A program made the position numbers and the translations under genes. From IMG/VR virus record IMGVR_UViG_3300026258_000007, positions 1 to 47,499 of that record: a stretch of 47,499 nucleotides of DNA. One strand, 5' to 3'. The notes under the pieces were generated by a model. The model was given only the letters and a program-made list of their open reading frames with translations, had not been told where the DNA came from and did no database searches. The stretch comes from a virus. Lineage: Duplodnaviria; Caudoviricetes. Below are positions 44,801 to 47,499 of this stretch, in pieces. Numbering within the stretch: the stretch's first letter is position 1; the number at the start of each line of letters is the position of its first letter.

Positions 44801-47497
44801 ATTATTAGCAGGGGTTGCAGGGAATAAATTACCATAATTATCTAATAAAGTACTATTGTAGGATAAGGTATTATTGGAAAACGCTAAAGCAAGCCCATCT
44901 GTCTCGTTAACTACTCTTAGAGTAGGACTGTTTTCACTAGGGTTAGTTCCAATTTCATCTATTTTATGAACTACATCTCCGACTGTTAGTGTATTATTTT
45001 GGGTAAGTGTACCGCTTAGATTTCCATCAATAATAATAGCAGTAAGACCACTTAAGATACTAGGAGGCGATACCATAACATAATCAAAATAAGTTAAACT
45101 AGGTATTTCAGAAGGTGATTTTAGAGATTCAAAATCTAACGGATTAAAGTGCCAATCAAAGGTAGCCTCGACTAAACGTATTATTCCCCATCTTCTCATT
45201 TCAGCAGTATTCTTACCACTTCCTTTGATAACTGCTGTTTCAAAATTAATATCTCGTTTTAGAGTTTGAGATGTTAAGCCATCATATAATTCATGTTGTG
45301 TCTTATTTTTTGTTTTGCTAGAAGAATCTTCTAGTATAATACCAAATGATTCAAATGGTTTTGAGTGTTTGAATAAACTATTATGTCTAATTTTGGAAGA
45401 AGGGTATATATCTCCTGTAACTAATATTTCATATGGTAATGTTCTAGGGTCTATTTGTTCAAAATTAGAATACATTATATCAGATTGATGACTAGTATTA
45501 TTAGTATGAGATGCATATGAAGTTATCAAAGGAGCAGTAGCATGATAAAAGGTAGTTAAGTAAGTCCAATCTTTTAACGTATTACTACCTGCAAGTGGTT
45601 TATTATTTCTTGTTGCAGTTACACTTTGAGTAGTGCCGTCTGCTTTAACACCATAACCAACAGCATATCCTTGTATCTTTTGTTTTCTAATACCGTCTCT
45701 GTATATTGAATCAGTTGTTCTGATTAATCCACCTTCTTTTGTTTCTTGTAAATCCCAATATCTAATTGTTTCAGATGGAACAACATGTCCACCAACTTCA
45801 AAACTATCCTTTAATCTATGAATAAACCCACCTGTTTCTATGTTATTATTAACTAGGTATAGTTTAGCATTGCCTCTTGAATCACTACTATTACTATCAA
45901 CTCTACCTAAAACTGCGGGGAATGTTGGTGCTATTTCTATTATAGTTGAAGCAGAATGTTGTTCAGTCACTTCAACTATATCGAACATTTCAGAGTTCAA
46001 TGACATAATATCGCTCTTAGTAACATCAACACCATTTTCATCTCCTATTGTAAATGCAAAAATAGAGTCATCCAATGATACCGATTTAGGAGAAGATATA
46101 TCATATCCTAATGTTTGTCCTGATTTAGTAGAACTATCATTAGAAGATAACTGTAATGTAGTATAATCAAACTCAGAGGTATAACCAATATCTAATCCTG
46201 ATTTGAAAGACATTCCCTTTTCACTAATAGAAGTAAAATCACCAAAACCAGTACTATCAGCAGGATTACTTTGTAGTGCTTTTGTTCCTGTTATTAGATT
46301 AATTTGGTTTGAACCATATGGATTATATGTTTTGATAGTGTTATTTTCTGTTGTTGTTAGGGCTTGGTCTGCCAATACTATTGTCCAAGTATTACCTCCA
46401 CCACTACCATCATATGTAGCACTAACAACTTCCCCTATCAAATCACCAGTATTATTGGATAATAATGAATACTTTGAAAATGAATCAGACGGAGAAGGGT
46501 ATTGCGAACTCAATTCTACTGTTACTGTTTTACCACTAATAGTAACATCAGTAGCATTAGTAACTGAAGATAGTGTAAGTAACGGAGGTAAAGATGTTTT
46601 AATTACATCACTAAACTGTGTTAATGTTTTACTTATTGTATCTCCTAATAACTTAGAACTATCATCTCTACCTGATATCTTAAAACTTGTAAATCCACTT
46701 TCTGTTTTAATATCAATATCTTCTACTTCACCACTAAAAACTTCATCTGTAATAGAATAAGAACCGTTGTAGTAGTATGGGATATCAGCAGAAACCGTTG
46801 ATTTTTGATATAGTGTTTTACTAGGGTTCTTTAATTTAGCATATTTATTATTCTTATCAGCATAATCTATTTCTAATGCGTGACTATTATACTTCAATGG
46901 TGTCATAGTAGAAAGGTGCATTCTACTATCGGATTTATCCACTGCTACATTATTCATAGTTAGTGTTTGAAACACTCCTGCTGTTGTTATTTTTGCAACT
47001 GCATCTGATTCAAACTCAAAATTAAGAACTCCTGAGTATGGCATTACATACAAAGGCTGACCTATTACTTCTATTGCCGGAGTATCACCAATAGCATTTA
47101 GATTAGAACGACCCGACCAATTATTAGCAGTTTTTAATTTAGAATCTTTAATTGTAAAAGATTGCTGTGTATCAGCAGATTTATTGATTACTGCATTAAC
47201 AACATAATGATAATCACCTACCTCAACAATATCATCTGCTGATAGTATATGGTGTAAATCTATATCTGTTGTAATATCATAAAGAGTCAAAGTACTGGCA
47301 GCAGTTTTATTTACATACCCTTCTATTTTCTTTTTAGTAAACTTGCCATTGAATAAGTTATTTCTTAGTTTTAGAATGTCTCCTTCTCTAACCTTTAGAT
47401 GTTGAACACCACTATTATCCATAGTAGTTATATGAGCCATTTTAGTTAGTTTATTTTTAGGACTATTAAGAGAACTATCTCTAACAGGTTCTATTTT
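41816..47497 (-). CDS. very large tail hub/baseplate-like virion protein, 5'-truncated by the window
   Basis: Frame stays open to the window end; FSGEVEDI...ISGRDDSSKL and DATIKTQEEA...LEAGDIVVLDFP...YVIFEI resemble tail hub domains. Confidence 0.7.
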   Translation of the reverse strand, partial: KIEPVRDSSLNSPKNKLTKMAHITTMDNSGVQHLKVREGDILKLRNNLFNGKFTKKKIEGYVNKTAASTLTLYDITTDIDLHHILSADDIVEVGDYHYVVNAVINKSADTQQSFTIKDSKLKTANNWSGRSNLNAIGDTPAIEVIGQPLYVMPYSGVLNFEFESDAVAKITTAGVFQTLTMNNVAVDKSDSRMHLSTMTPLKYNSHALEIDYADKNNKYAKLKNPSKTLYQKSTVSADIPYYYNGSYSITDEVFSGEVEDIDIKTESGFTSFKISGRDDSSKLLGDTISKTLTQFSDVIKTSLPPLLTLSSVTNATDVTISGKTVTVELSSQYPSPSDSFSKYSLLSNNTGDLIGEVVSATYDGSGGGNTWTIVLADQALTTTENNTIKTYNPYGSNQINLITGTKALQSNPADSTGFGDFTSISEKGMSFKSGLDIGYTSEFDYTTLQLSSNDSSTKSGQTLGYDISSPKSVSLDDSIFAFTIGDENGVDVTKSDIMSLNSEMFDIVEVTEQHSASTIIEIAPTFPAVLGRVDSNSSDSRGNAKLYLVNNNIETGGFIHRLKDSFEVGGHVVPSETIRYWDLQETKEGGLIRTTDSIYRDGIRKQKIQGYAVGYGVKADGTTQSVTATRNNKPLAGSNTLKDWTYLTTFYHATAPLITSYASHTNNTSHQSDIMYSNFEQIDPRTLPYEILVTGDIYPSSKIRHNSLFKHSKPFESFGIILEDSSSKTKNKTQHELYDGLTSQTLKRDINFETAVIKGSGKNTAEMRRWGIIRLVEATFDWHFNPLDFESLKSPSEIPSLTYFDYVMVSPPSILSGLTAIIIDGNLSGTLTQNNTLTVGDVVHKIDEIGTNPSENSPTLRVVNETDGLALAFSNNTLSYNSTLLDNYGNLFPATPANNILKFDGHEINGVRINGVERFRLFSSSDDTLDFLETTSDDEFLVDRNNGLRNINFHRGFLLHPPVDTGVFSHQTLKRTSASSTQYDPMNVILPLMLENKSASSNKRDMRFSPAHNIDGWDDTDASDLTDDEDIVRLHMSRVVSAMVDNSFGLNTPNITQADAEALGIGRTHVYDNCIGLFKEVRESSISTPVNAANEINWPTRASLTSSPMGFSAYGKSGSNKEYHDTNAEFTTYSNDYSSTTTKDQHTPTTRVYNFTNTERGTYSASDTMISEGEETVASATYKVSLLGSKTKVYPFDKVANFSRDTVTTRSFNHHTPSSTTYKNMGKMYSSQFIVKPTFNLTGDTGVVVYSNDNKTITFTLNDDSTHTWLSFMPDLTGYYLVSEKLVDGDTLSKASHHGVPAYIGKITSHTISTAPSTSNYEAHQITLDTTLKDGALIGDTGEPTHGIKYRLMRISETTFQSTPEKIEFNVMNDSGLQYATVSTNFRKGSGDSKDTTNNKTFQEAVYSMYLKLDVDNAIVADNPFIESRTTASAVRGFDAGEVIDVFVTDGVNKQRKQMTVSLTRNKKQSNATEECLVLTYEGDLTGNGVVSCGEVFDLTIGKKPKLQNAKKCYIGTTYDIGSNIDTELANIVKSAGLEYDETKSTSVFTTNIVNSNGTNTVVCLENVVNLDDGDVIYTEEGHLIGEILSINNQTITFASGGKYYSPPQYSAIIKYNKKTFVTNLTFNNTDLYGAINSLTNKKGLDYKIKGKKIIFRDSDDKTGLKMKQIKFEHLAGIEPIKNNTSLFDKISVVVVNGDGVSHTMVSNKIRNMKTLTINDATIKTQEEAMIEASKKLRLHSGEARKITLQINKEGFELLEAGDIVVLDFPTYNIPYGEYVIFEIENVLGMILTMTVGTYSKGIAERLSEITEASRTDTSHLLTVDSIAATSGNSLFDNLKLRVSSIEYKVVGETLNSNMGFDDVFGFSESVGFETTSTGISAIKKEYKNRFYD

Positions 47498-47499
47498 AT

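Noticed and set aside
32110-46760. Plus-strand Val/Pro/Leu-rich ORFs within the tail genes
   Set aside because: Shadow ORFs produced by the Thr/Gly/Ser/Asn codon bias of the minus-strand fibre genes.

Overview
An AT-rich, densely coding segment of a large tailed dsDNA virus of archaea. The best fit is a marine Euryarchaeota (Marine Group II/Poseidoniales, 'magrovirus'-like) virus. This is inferred from gene content (TFB, PCNA, RFC, family B polymerase, PriS-PriL primase, XPF/ERCC4 nuclease, RPA-like OB protein) and GGAGG/GAGGTGA ribosome-binding sites; no database search was run. Bases 1-29674 (+ strand) carry accessory and host-takeover genes and then a near-complete archaeal-type replisome: class II RNR, ATP ligase, RFC, RPA, RecA-like ATPase, PCNA, a split PolB, Cas4-like nuclease, primase, ERCC4 nuclease, AAA+ helicase and DEDD exonuclease. 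Bases 29671-47499 (- strand) carry tail genes, including a 3,076-aa fibre and a tail hub-like protein cut by the window edge. The most striking observation is a candidate virus-encoded ubiquitin-like conjugation system in 2.0-9.2 kb. It comprises a ThiS/SAMP-like Ubl ending in GG-C, an E1/ThiF enzyme, a JAB/JAMM peptidase, and a large unknown protein with an E2-like G-x-I-C-I-D motif, arranged around a viral TFB. Other notable items are a shared T-loop-like hairpin motif in two intergenic regions, non-canonical PolB catalytic motifs, an apparently inactivated LAGLIDADG protein, and a ~500-bp non-coding region with a perfect 14-bp inverted repeat.
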